Assembly: GCA_945865405.1 (NCBI GenBank)
Contig: CAMBDS010000011.1
Span: forward strand, 3,333 to 67,332
Length of the DNA: 64,000 bases
Direction: 5' to 3'
From: Caldithrix abyssi DSM 13497
GTDB lineage: Bacteria > Electryoneota > AABM5-125-24 > Hatepunaeales > Hatepunaeaceae
The notes beneath the pieces were generated by a model. It was not told the origin of the DNA. It saw nothing but the letters and a program-made list of their open reading frames with translations, and ran no database searches. Of the stretch, positions 51,608 through 61,057 are shown piece by piece (position 1 is the stretch's first letter; every line of letters starts with the position of its first letter). Position numbers and translations under genes: made by a program.

Positions 51608-53349
51608 TTGGCGACTCCTTCAAGTTGTGGCGTTGCCGCCTGATCTACTGTCGGTTTAACCAACGTTGCTACCGTTCGATTTTCTTTGACCAGATACTTT
51701 TTCGCCACCCGCTGAATATCCTCAGGGGTAACCGCCATGTTCCGGTTATACTCAGTCACCACAGTCCGCCAGTCTCCAAATTTGACGAAGTGACCTGAAA
51801 GCGAAAATGCCATCCATCGATTGTCAGCCAGTCGTGTCAACTCGTTAATGCGACTTCTGTTTTTTGTTCGTTCCATTTCCCATTCGCTAACTAACTCACT
51901 CTTCAGCTTCTCAATCTCTTCATAAATAGCCGCTTCGACCTCCTCAGTCGTATGCGGAGCCTTTGGTGCCGCTTCGACAATGAACAGGTTCGGGTATCGG
52001 TCTGATGGCCCATCGAAAGCCGATGGAGCGCCTGCAGTCAAACCTTTCTCCTCAAATATCTTCCGGTAGAACCGCGTTGTTCTTCCACCCGAGAGTATCG
52101 ATTGCGCAAAGCTTAACGCGTAAGCATCCGGGTGAGGCGCAGTCGGAATATGGTACGCAATCAGCACCTTCGGCTCGGCATCCCTGACGACAGATGTCCG
52201 CTTTTCGCCGATCTGTCCAGGCTCAACGATTGTCACTGCTGGCGACGGTTGTCCAGCCTTCCAATTGGAAAAATACTGCTTGGCAAGCCGGAAGACCTCG
52301 TCGGTATCGACATCACCAACAATAGCGATCTGGCAATTGTTCGGAGTGTAGTATTGCCAGAAGAACGCCTCCATATCGGTCTTCAAAGTCGAGCGGATAT
52401 CCCCCAACCACCCGATCACTGGGCGGCCATAAGGATGGGCATCGAAAGCCGTCGCGATCATCTTGTACCAAAGAGCATTGTCGGGATCGTTCTCGTGATT
52501 GCGAAGCTCTTCCATCACCACTTCGCGCTCTGAGTAAAACTCCCTGAACACGGGGTTCTGGAAACGATCAGACTCCAGATACATATACAATTCAAGACAA
52601 TTCGACGGCAAACCGACCATATAGGTCGTCTGGTCTTCCGTCGTGAATGCGTTCATCGACGCACTACCACGAACGTCGTAAATCCCGTCTATAGGTTCCG
52701 ACTCGGTGATGTACTGCTTTGCCTCGAGCATTAAATCGGAGACCTTCGCTCTGCCTTCAAGAATCTCACGATAGGTAGTCCAGTGGTCATGTTTGCCTTC
52801 CTGAACCACCCATTCTGACGCCAACCAATCTGCAGGCAGGCCGTTGTGATTCTTCGGAAGAGAGTCGAGCAACGCCCGCCACAAAAGTCCCTCATTGCCT
52901 GCAGCTTTGTCAAGAATCTCTTGCGGGAGACCGGACCTGACCTTAAGTGCATACTCCTCAAACTTGTCGTAGCGCCATGCCTGGATAAGGTTCATGTCAT
53001 CCCGAACCTTACCAGCGACTTTTTCCATCTCCGCAATCAACGGGGCTTCGGCTTTGTAATTGGTTGTGCCAACCGTTTTCGATCCCTTAAACAACATGTG
53101 TTCAAGGAAATGCGCCAACCCTGACCGGTTTGGAAGCTCCTGAGCCGAGCCTACTCGAAACGTCGATAACGTGAAGAAAACAGGCGAATTGTGGCGTTCG
53201 GCGACCACAATCGTTAAACCGTTTTCAAGCTTCAATTCACGCACACGCTCTTCAATCGAAGGAGCTTTGGGCAGTGCCTGAAGTGCATACGGGGTCACCA
53301 AAAGAGCGATCAAAGCCGCCTTGATCCCGTTTCCAATGATACTTGTCAT
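51604..53349 (-). CDS. M16B peptidase, catalytic subunit
   Basis: GLAHFLEHMLFKGS, NAFTT, EREVVMEE, HPYGRPVIG; SD AAGGAG before MTSII. Confidence 0.92.
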   Translation of the reverse strand: MTSIIGNGIKAALIALLVTPYALQALPKAPSIEERVRELKLENGLTIVVAERHNSPVFFTLSTFRVGSAQELPNRSGLAHFLEHMLFKGSKTVGTTNYKAEAPLIAEMEKVAGKVRDDMNLIQAWRYDKFEEYALKVRSGLPQEILDKAAGNEGLLWRALLDSLPKNHNGLPADWLASEWVVQEGKHDHWTTYREILEGRAKVSDLMLEAKQYITESEPIDGIYDVRGSASMNAFTTEDQTTYMVGLPSNCLELYMYLESDRFQNPVFREFYSEREVVMEELRNHENDPDNALWYKMIATAFDAHPYGRPVIGWLGDIRSTLKTDMEAFFWQYYTPNNCQIAIVGDVDTDEVFRLAKQYFSNWKAGQPSPAVTIVEPGQIGEKRTSVVRDAEPKVLIAYHIPTAPHPDAYALSFAQSILSGGRTTRFYRKIFEEKGLTAGAPSAFDGPSDRYPNLFIVEAAPKAPHTTEEVEAAIYEEIEKLKSELVSEWEMERTKNRSRINELTRLADNRWMAFSLSGHFVKFGDWRTVVTEYNRNMAVTPEDIQRVAKKYLVKENRTVATLVKPTVDQAATPQLEGVAK

Positions 53350-53443
53350 CCAGCTCCTTTCAGAGAGTAATTCGTTATTCAAAATTCATAGCATGATTCC
53401 GCTGGCAGAAGCTCGTCTGCCAGAACAACGTATTTCAGTCGTA

Positions 53444-53872
53444 CTAAAGAGGCCGCCGCCCCGCCGCCCCCGCATCCAATTCGTGCCAAAAGTTAATCTC
53501 TTCTTCGCCATACATCCAACAAAGGTAAACTATTCTCCCCTCACGACGATGAAGAAAATCGACCAACCCCATGTCGAGATCCTTCAACTCCGCCCCGGAC
53601 CTGTTAATCTGATCCATCAATTCCGTGATCCTCCCGGCCGCATCCGAGACGAGCGCCATATCTTCGTGAGCTTCATGCGAATCGTGCTTTAAGTGTCCGT
53701 TCGTCTTGCTGAGTGGAGCCTTAGACTCGATGACCGTCACAACCGAATTTTTCAACGCATTGATCTCCATCAACATCTCGGCGAATATCGGTATCATCGC
53801 ATTCGCTTCCTCAAGTGTAAATATCCGCGGATCAGGAATTCGGTCCGGAGAATTGGGAAAATCGCTTTTCAT
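53444..53872 (-). CDS. DUF2203 family protein
   Basis: FTLEEAN, KDLDMGLVDF, YLCWMYGE..I.FWH..DAG.AGRRPL. Confidence 0.88.
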   Translation of the reverse strand: MKSDFPNSPDRIPDPRIFTLEEANAMIPIFAEMLMEINALKNSVVTVIESKAPLSKTNGHLKHDSHEAHEDMALVSDAAGRITELMDQINRSGAELKDLDMGLVDFLHRREGRIVYLCWMYGEEEINFWHELDAGAAGRRPL

Positions 53873-55971
53873 ATCAGGAGGCTTTTACCTTCCATTTCTT
53901 TCGGCTGTTGTAAGCCAAGTATTTTTAAAACTGTAGGTGCAATATCGGCAAGAATACCCGAATCACGAAGCATCACTTTTGCCCCATCCGGCGTAATCAC
54001 TACGAATGGCACCAGGTTCGTCGTATGTGATGTAAACGGCCCCCCGTTTTCATCAAACATCTGCTCGCAATTTCCGTGATCAGCGGTTATCAATGTAGTA
54101 AAACCATTGGCTATGCTCTTTTCGACAAGTTTCTCAACTAACGGTTCCAGCGCTTCCAGAGCATTAATCACCGCCTCAAGAGACCCGGTATGCCCCACCA
54201 TGTCCGGATTAGCAAAGTTGAGAAGAATAAAACTGTAATCTTCATCAAGCGCGTCCATCGCCCTGCTGGCAACCCCCTCGGCGCTCATCTCAGGTTGAAG
54301 GTCATAAGTGGCAACCTTTGGCGAAGCGACCATCGAACGAGTTTCGCCCTTCACTGGCGTCTCTTCACCACCGTTAAAGAAATAGGTGACGTGTGCGTAT
54401 TTCTCGGTCTCAGCGATTCTGAATTGAGTCATCCCACCGTCTGCAATTACATCTGCGAGGAGGTTTTCCATCGAATGAGGCATGAACGCAACAGGAAATT
54501 CGAACTTCTCATGATATCTGGTCATAGTCGTGTAGTTCGGATTAAGCGGTTTCACCTCAAACTCAGCGAAAGTCGGATCTGCAAGTGCCCGTGTTATTTC
54601 TCTCGCCCGATCTGCACGGAAATTGAAGAAAAACATCGAGTCACCGGGGTTCATCACCGCAACAGGAGCATCTCCCTCAAAAATCACCGAAGGTTCAATA
54701 AATTCGTCGGTAACATCCCTTCGGTAAGAGTCATTCACCGCCTCTTCAGCTGAGTCAAACCGTAGTCCCTCACCATAAACCATCGCCCGGTAGGCTTTTT
54801 CGATCCGCTCCCAACGTTTATCCCTGTCCATCGCCCAATAACGTCCCGTGACAGTCGCTATCTTACCAACCCCTATCTCGTCGATCTTCGCCTGCAAAGC
54901 TTCGATATGATCGATCCCCGATTGAGGCGGCGTATCGCGTCCATCCATAAAAGCATGGATGAATACCCGCGATACCCCTTCGCGCCTGGCAAGTTTCAAC
55001 AACGCAAAAAGATGATCCAATGAACTATGAACTCCTCCGTCCGAAACAAGCCCCAACAAATGTAACGCACGCTTATCCCCTGTCGCGTGCTTCATGCAAT
55101 CATTCAGCGGGGTATTCTCGAAAAATTCACCCATCTCTATAGCCTTGTCGATCCGGGTGATCTCCTGGAAAACGATCCGCCCAGCCCCTATGTTCAGATG
55201 CCCGACTTCGCTGTTGCCCATCTGACCATCCGGAAGCCCCACATCCCGTCCGGAAGCCGATAGCTTCGTCCACGGATACTTCTCAAGCAACCCATGCAGA
55301 AACGGCGTATTTGCCAGTTTCACACCGTTGCCAGTGGTATCGTCTCGAAGTCCGTAGCCGTCGAGAATGATCAGAAAAGCGCTCTTTTTATCCTGCATAA
55401 TTTCTATATTTTCGTTAGATAAGGGAATGAATGGCTGACTTTCGATTTTCTTGCGCTTTCGCCAATGACCTAAAAGTAACGCTGCCCCAATAAGCGCAAT
55501 CAGCAGCGGCAGATAATCGACAATATGCCGTACATCTCGCAAATATCGGTACCAGGATGGACTTGCTATTCCGTATCCGAACGCGAAGAGGAATATCCCG
55601 CCAAGCACCAGTGGCCAGCGTCCTTCCCCTTTGAAAGCCCATAACAACACAAACCCCAAACCGACCGCCCCAAAAAAGATCGGCCAGATTCGCCACATCG
55701 CAAAATTCGTCCACCCTTCAATCTGGGAGAGTATCGTCAGGCCCGTCACCAACAGGATTACCCCCGGCAGGATCGCGCTCTCCTCTCCGGTATCCCGTAT
55801 CGACCGCACCAGATAGACGACGCCAATCGAAATAGCCAACCCCGACCACGCCAGCCCCCAATTCTGTTGCAGCAGCAAAGCGATTCCTGCCCAGACCAGA
55901 ATCCAGCCGAAACATCCAAGATTACGGCTTGGTCTCCGGGAATTGGGCAATAGAGTTGACTCTGAACTCAA
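53869..55971 (-). CDS. gpmI: 2,3-bisphosphoglycerate-independent phosphoglycerate mutase, in frame with an N-terminal multi-TM (LiaF-like) domain
   Basis: GpmI from MQDKKS (55398): LIILDGYG, GNSEVGH, DGGVHS, AETEKYAHVT, NPDMVGH, ADHGN. The upstream 191 codons are hydrophobic (WRIWPIF) with no stop. Confidence 0.92.
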   Translation of the reverse strand: MSSESTLLPNSRRPSRNLGCFGWILVWAGIALLLQQNWGLAWSGLAISIGVVYLVRSIRDTGEESAILPGVILLVTGLTILSQIEGWTNFAMWRIWPIFFGAVGLGFVLLWAFKGEGRWPLVLGGIFLFAFGYGIASPSWYRYLRDVRHIVDYLPLLIALIGAALLLGHWRKRKKIESQPFIPLSNENIEIMQDKKSAFLIILDGYGLRDDTTGNGVKLANTPFLHGLLEKYPWTKLSASGRDVGLPDGQMGNSEVGHLNIGAGRIVFQEITRIDKAIEMGEFFENTPLNDCMKHATGDKRALHLLGLVSDGGVHSSLDHLFALLKLARREGVSRVFIHAFMDGRDTPPQSGIDHIEALQAKIDEIGVGKIATVTGRYWAMDRDKRWERIEKAYRAMVYGEGLRFDSAEEAVNDSYRRDVTDEFIEPSVIFEGDAPVAVMNPGDSMFFFNFRADRAREITRALADPTFAEFEVKPLNPNYTTMTRYHEKFEFPVAFMPHSMENLLADVIADGGMTQFRIAETEKYAHVTYFFNGGEETPVKGETRSMVASPKVATYDLQPEMSAEGVASRAMDALDEDYSFILLNFANPDMVGHTGSLEAVINALEALEPLVEKLVEKSIANGFTTLITADHGNCEQMFDENGGPFTSHTTNLVPFVVITPDGAKVMLRDSGILADIAPTVLKILGLQQPKEMEGKSLLI

Positions 55972-56012
55972 ATGTTAGTCATTGAAGCTAAGGAGACTGT
56001 CACCAAACAACC

Positions 56013-56234
56013 TCAAACTTTCATGTCCCACGGTCTTCGAGGTACCAAGACCCACGCCAGAAGATAGAGTATCAGCCCACTCCCGCCAAACAAGACCAGG
56101 ACGACAAGAATCAGTCGTAATATTACCGGATCGGTTGAAAAGTATTCCCCCAGCCCCCCGCAGACTCCAGCTATAACGCGGTCATCCGGCGACCGGTAAA
56201 GCCTTCGATAGTTGGATTTGGTTTCTGCTTCCAT
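56013..56234 (-). CDS. pspC: PspC domain protein
   Basis: RLYRSPDDRVIAGVCGGLGEYF..DP, LYLLAWVLVP. Confidence 0.92.
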   Translation of the reverse strand: MEAETKSNYRRLYRSPDDRVIAGVCGGLGEYFSTDPVILRLILVVLVLFGGSGLILYLLAWVLVPRRPWDMKV

Positions 56235-56366
56235 TGTGATTCCTTGATAGGTTAGGTGCAAATTTGAACGACACACTATAATATAGGGAGTTAAATTGTA
56301 TAGAAAAATAGGTTTGGATTTGTGGGCAGGGTTTGAGGATATTTGCTTCAGGAAATGAGTCTGCTT

Positions 56367-56951
56367 TCACTCAAGGAGTCCTTCACCACCTGCGAACCAA
56401 TTATCCAAGGTGCAATAGACTTTCGTCCCATACTTCACGACAAGAATGGTCTGCCTGTTCTGTGTTTGATAGGTAGTGATGAACGGATACAAACCTAAAT
56501 AGCTCTCACCTCGATAGATCTCTGCATTGACCGGAGTTATCGGCATAATCGCTATGCGGCCCTTCTTACCCGAAAAATATCCGCACTCCCATAGTTGCCA
56601 GAGGCTCTCCGATTTCGCGCTCGTTGTAACAATTATCATTCCTTGACATCGGTCCATGAGCCCCGAAAGTGCCTTCGCCTTCTCACGGCTGATTTTTTTG
56701 ATGCTCGATGAATGTTCCTTGTTCTGGTCCTCATGTGGATCTAGATAAATGGAATACCCAACATCTTCGAGTGTCAACGCCGCACCGATGATGAGTTCAG
56801 GTTCGAGATTTGAGATCGAAAGAAAGACGTCAAGTGCGCTGGCTTTCTTCTGTTTCAAAACCAACTCATCGAGAATTTCATTGACAGTCTTGTTCGACTT
56901 GCCGCTAAGTTTGGCACGAGACCGAATATCTGAAATGCTGAACGTCGCCAT
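56367..56951 (-). CDS. Stand-alone TIR-domain protein
   Basis: DVFLS, GYSIYLD, SLWQLWECGY (TIR catalytic Glu position), IAIMP, YLGLYP. Confidence 0.75.
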   Translation of the reverse strand: MATFSISDIRSRAKLSGKSNKTVNEILDELVLKQKKASALDVFLSISNLEPELIIGAALTLEDVGYSIYLDPHEDQNKEHSSSIKKISREKAKALSGLMDRCQGMIIVTTSAKSESLWQLWECGYFSGKKGRIAIMPITPVNAEIYRGESYLGLYPFITTYQTQNRQTILVVKYGTKVYCTLDNWFAGGEGLLE

Positions 56952-57086
56952 CGCTTTCTTCTGAATTCCTTAAAAAACCTTTTGTAAACGGCTCGATAAC
57001 CGTTTCTTTGCCATTTCTTCACTCATTATGGGATATTCGATCCTAAAGGGTAGAAAACTAATCCCTTGTCTAAGTAAATTGCCCCT

Positions 57087-59156
57087 ATGAGTACCCACCT
57101 CATCCGCAAAATCAACCACGCCCTTCCTTGGCTGCTCGGACTCGGAGCTCTGTTCCTATACGAGGCAACTCTCGCCCCCGGTCTGACATGGGGTGATTCC
57201 GGCGAGTTCATCACCACCGCCTACACTCTCGGTATAGGCCATCCTTACGGTCATCCTCTTTACTGGTTGGCTGGCAGGGTGATGATGATCTTCTTTCCTG
57301 GCGATCCCGTCATGGCGATGAACCACCTCAGTGCATTATCAGGTGCTCTCACCTGCCTATTCGTTGCCCTTATCGCTATCAATTTGCTGAAGCGTTCCGG
57401 AATGTCGAATATCGTTCTTCCTGTCTCTCTCACAACGATGATTTTTGCAACTGGCTCGGTCTTCTGGTCACAGGCTCTCTTCACCGAAGTCTACACCTTT
57501 CAGGCACTACTTTTTACAGTCGCTATCTACGCCTTCGACCGGTATTGTTTTTCAGATGCTGGCGTCAGCTACCTCTATTTGTCGGCTTACTTCTTCGGAG
57601 TAACCCTAACACTCGGCATGTACGTCGGAATTACACTCGTCGTCCCTTTGGCTCACGTCCTTTCCAACCCCGTCCATCGAAACAAAATCGTTGGAAAGTT
57701 ACCAATCGCGTTTTTCTGGCTGTTGATTGGGCTTACCCCCTGGCTGTACCTCTACTTCCGCAATCAGGTCGATCTCCCATTCACAATCAAATCGTTATCT
57801 TCATTTTCCGACTTCTTCGACTACCTCAGCCGCAAAGCCTATGACGATACTTTTGTCGCGGGCTTCGGGGCACTCGCCATTTCTCTTAAGCAAACCGCCA
57901 GGATCCTCTCCGAAAGCCTTGGCATTGTCGGTATTGTTGCGATCTCGCTTCTATTAATCAAGAGATTCCGCACTCGCGACGACCACCCCGCCTCAACTCG
58001 CGCCCTTGCCGCACTACTGACGACGCTGGCCTTTGCCCTGATGGTTCCTTTGACCCTATCCTTCCGCCAGATGATCGACATGGATGTTTATTTCATTCCG
58101 TGCTTGGTATTGTTAGTTCCCCCGCTCGCACTTGGTATTTCGTCGATCATTGGTAAATTTGGTAGCAGATATGCCGCACCTGTATTAATCGCCCTCACCA
58201 TAATTCCTGCTCTTCTAAAATACGATGCAATTTCGATGTCCGACAGCCGTCTTGCGACTCAATTTCAAGAATACCTCAACACCTCACTCCCCGCCGGATC
58301 GAAGGTCTGGCCGGTCTCCGATGAAGTTGCTCAAGTTCTCTTCTTTGATGTTTTTTGTGACGGCAATCCTGCGAGTATCGTCCTTTCTGCCCAAAACCTC
58401 CAAAAAGAAGATGGTGCGCTGGGCGGGCTCGGAACAGCTGCCTTAAGCGACTTCATCGAAATCGACGACAAGTTTATCGAACGCCCCACCCTCTTCGACC
58501 GAAGCGCCATTGCCGGACCTTTTATGTCGCTTCGCGGCGCAACTCCCGAAGCCAAACGTCTGGAGCACGAATTTGTTACTCGTTTCTCCCCTGATTCTCT
58601 CACCGTCACTGCGATACATCGCTACGACCGTATCTTTCTGGCTCAGACTTGGGGCAGGCGAGGCTTCTATTGGCTTAAAAAGAGCAACCTCCCTAACATC
58701 TCCCCCAGGTATTCACTGCAATGCGTTGATAGCTCCATCGTCTGCTACCGGCAAGCTTTCCTACTCGACAACTTCACCTTTGAAGGTGCTTCCCACGCTG
58801 GAAACCTCGGCATAGCCCTTGTCAAAAAAGGTGATCTCAACGAAGCCGACCGCCTCGCTTCCGACGCAATATCCCTAAACCCTCGTTCTGAGCCCCCGTG
58901 GCGAGCCCGTCTTTCCATAGCCTTAAAGGCAGAGAAATACGACGAAGCTCTCAATGCATTGCAAAACCTTTTGGAATACTCCCGCTATCCTGCCGAGATC
59001 TGGCTCGACCTTGCTACACTTTATTGCTTTAAGCTGAACGACCCCGCCAAAGCATCGACAGCTTACAACAACGGGATCAATCTCGGCGGAAACCGTCGGG
59101 CAAATATCGAGAAAGCACTCGCAAAATTACCGTCAAGTAGTACAGATGTCAGATAA
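57087..59156 (+). CDS. DUF2723 / TMEM260-like GT-C glycosyltransferase with C-terminal TPR
   Basis: TLAPGLTWGDSGEF...LGIGHPYGHPLY, FWSQA..TEVY, many TM segments, TPR tail. Confidence 0.88.
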   Translation: MSTHLIRKINHALPWLLGLGALFLYEATLAPGLTWGDSGEFITTAYTLGIGHPYGHPLYWLAGRVMMIFFPGDPVMAMNHLSALSGALTCLFVALIAINLLKRSGMSNIVLPVSLTTMIFATGSVFWSQALFTEVYTFQALLFTVAIYAFDRYCFSDAGVSYLYLSAYFFGVTLTLGMYVGITLVVPLAHVLSNPVHRNKIVGKLPIAFFWLLIGLTPWLYLYFRNQVDLPFTIKSLSSFSDFFDYLSRKAYDDTFVAGFGALAISLKQTARILSESLGIVGIVAISLLLIKRFRTRDDHPASTRALAALLTTLAFALMVPLTLSFRQMIDMDVYFIPCLVLLVPPLALGISSIIGKFGSRYAAPVLIALTIIPALLKYDAISMSDSRLATQFQEYLNTSLPAGSKVWPVSDEVAQVLFFDVFCDGNPASIVLSAQNLQKEDGALGGLGTAALSDFIEIDDKFIERPTLFDRSAIAGPFMSLRGATPEAKRLEHEFVTRFSPDSLTVTAIHRYDRIFLAQTWGRRGFYWLKKSNLPNISPRYSLQCVDSSIVCYRQAFLLDNFTFEGASHAGNLGIALVKKGDLNEADRLASDAISLNPRSEPPWRARLSIALKAEKYDEALNALQNLLEYSRYPAEIWLDLATLYCFKLNDPAKASTAYNNGINLGGNRRANIEKALAKLPSSSTDVR

Positions 59157-60840
59157 AGTAATCCAATATAGTAAGTGGAGTTTTCTAAAAGTCATTCTAC
59201 TCCTCACTGTCGTCGATCTTATTATAATGTTTATATTTACGGTAACACATGGTGAGGGAATTTTTCTTGGTAGTGTGCACGTGCCTATGCGACACACTCT
59301 CAGCGTATATACATTCTGGCTCGTTATCCTGATCCTTGCCTATTCGTTTTTATCTGGTCGCGAGCACCCATTTTTCAAGACCATTCGTACATCCAAGCTA
59401 TTACAAAGCTTGGGTATATATTATCTTAGATCCCCAAAATCTTTGTTTGTTTTTGTGCTTTGCTCAGCAGTATTCCTATACTCAATGATCGTTTTCTTCG
59501 GTGAGAAACTATCCGATGATTATATGATCCTGGGATGGATTAAAACTCTAAACATAAGTTCATTAAGTGACTGGAAAACAATTTGGCACAATTCCGGGTT
59601 TATTAGGCCCCTGCCGATACTTTGGTGGAAGCTGGACGAGTACTTATGGAACGACAACAATATCATGGTTTACTTTGAATCAGTCCTGCTCCACGTTTTT
59701 AATACTTTCCTTTTCTATGTGCTCCTCAAAAAGCTATCGATAGAAAGCAAATCGCGATTAGGTACTGCGCTGCTTTTCTTCATCTTTCCTATCGGGGCGT
59801 ACGCGATTGGTTGGCTTTCGGTTCGCTACGATCTAATGGCAACTTGCTTCGGTTTTATATTTTTAATCTCGTTTCTCAAGTGGAACGAGAATCGCAGGCA
59901 ACTGTTTGCTGTTTTTGCAATGCTGGCATTGTGCGGAGCCCTTCTCTCCAAAGAAAACGCGATTGTATTGCCGTTGTTAGCCATTGCAATCTTTCCACTG
60001 ACTGAACTCTATGCTACACAATCAATTGAGAATCGTAAAAGTTCATATAAGAAATTACTTTACAGTATCTTACCATATCTTGCTATCGTTTTAACCTATT
60101 TAGTAGGTAGATACACATTTTTCAGCGATCCCGGCGGCTATCGGATAGGCGGCGCATCTATTCATACGACGTTTATTCCTGAAGACCCGAGCAGTATGAT
60201 AATCGACCTGTTTCAAGGCATTTTTTCCCCTCTGAACCTCTTGTTTCTCAATTCACTACCTTTCTGGATTGGTTTGATCGAGCTTATCGGTTTGGTTGCT
60301 TTTATAACATTGACAGCAAAAGCTTTTTTAGAAACGGTTAGAAACGCGTCATCTTTGATTCTGTTGATATTATTGCCATTATTGCCAATAATAACGCATC
60401 TTGGGGTTGAGGGAGACTTCAAGGATGCACGTTTTTTATACATGTCATCGCCTTTCATAGCATTGATGATTGGAAAAAGCTTGGCGGATACCCGTCAGTT
60501 CATCGTTGTTCTGATCTCGGCAGTAATGCTGCTTGGAGTTAACGTTGCGGCACATATCGATACTTACGTTCTTGTTAATCTGCTTAACAGAAATGTCGAA
60601 CAACACCTTGCTAACGTGCCTGCCAGCTATAATTTCCGCATCACTAATCTGCCGTTATCTTCGAATGGAATTTACGTTTATGGGAACGGTTTCCCAGAGA
60701 GATTTAAGCTGGAGAAGGTTGAGGCTGGCGACACGACTAATTTTGAGGTACTTGACGTTCGTGAGTTAGCAACAGGCGGTGAAAAAAGAAGAAATTTTTC
60801 AACGCTCAAGCTCGAAGGAATTTATCGGAAGGCGGAATAG
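59146..60840 (+). CDS. Polytopic GT-C family (TMTC/PMT-like) glycosyltransferase
   Basis: LSDDY, FIRPL, LLHVFN, WLSVRYDL, LLSKENAIVLP, RFLY. Confidence 0.72.
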   Translation: MSDKVIQYSKWSFLKVILLLTVVDLIIMFIFTVTHGEGIFLGSVHVPMRHTLSVYTFWLVILILAYSFLSGREHPFFKTIRTSKLLQSLGIYYLRSPKSLFVFVLCSAVFLYSMIVFFGEKLSDDYMILGWIKTLNISSLSDWKTIWHNSGFIRPLPILWWKLDEYLWNDNNIMVYFESVLLHVFNTFLFYVLLKKLSIESKSRLGTALLFFIFPIGAYAIGWLSVRYDLMATCFGFIFLISFLKWNENRRQLFAVFAMLALCGALLSKENAIVLPLLAIAIFPLTELYATQSIENRKSSYKKLLYSILPYLAIVLTYLVGRYTFFSDPGGYRIGGASIHTTFIPEDPSSMIIDLFQGIFSPLNLLFLNSLPFWIGLIELIGLVAFITLTAKAFLETVRNASSLILLILLPLLPIITHLGVEGDFKDARFLYMSSPFIALMIGKSLADTRQFIVVLISAVMLLGVNVAAHIDTYVLVNLLNRNVEQHLANVPASYNFRITNLPLSSNGIYVYGNGFPERFKLEKVEAGDTTNFEVLDVRELATGGEKRRNFSTLKLEGIYRKAE

Positions 60841-60843
60841 TCA

Positions 60844-60936
60844 AAAATCGATCACTGAGTCACAGGGGGCTGGAAAGGCTTGTTGGATAGGGGCTATGGG
60901 CGTGATCGATTTGTGATTCAAGTAAAATCGATCACG
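60844..60936. repeat. Three copies of AAATCGATCAC (two direct, one inverted)
   Basis: Copies at 60845-60855 (+), 60902-60912 (-) and 60925-60935 (+); 60901-60912 and 60925-60936 form a perfect 12-bp inverted repeat. Confidence 0.7.
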
Positions 60937-60951
60937 GCGAAAAGAAGAAAT

Positions 60952-60975
60952 CCGGCTTCGGAGAAGCCGGGCTAC
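60952..60975 (-). repeat. REP-like palindrome (GTAG class)
   Basis: Minus strand GTAGC-CCGGCTTC-TCC-GAAGCCGG. Confidence 0.55.
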
Positions 60976-61057
60976 GCTACTGCTTTCTTTTGCATTTTAA
61001 TAAGAGATGCTCCATATTTTATGGCAACTTACCGTCTTAGCCATTAGGAATTCACGA

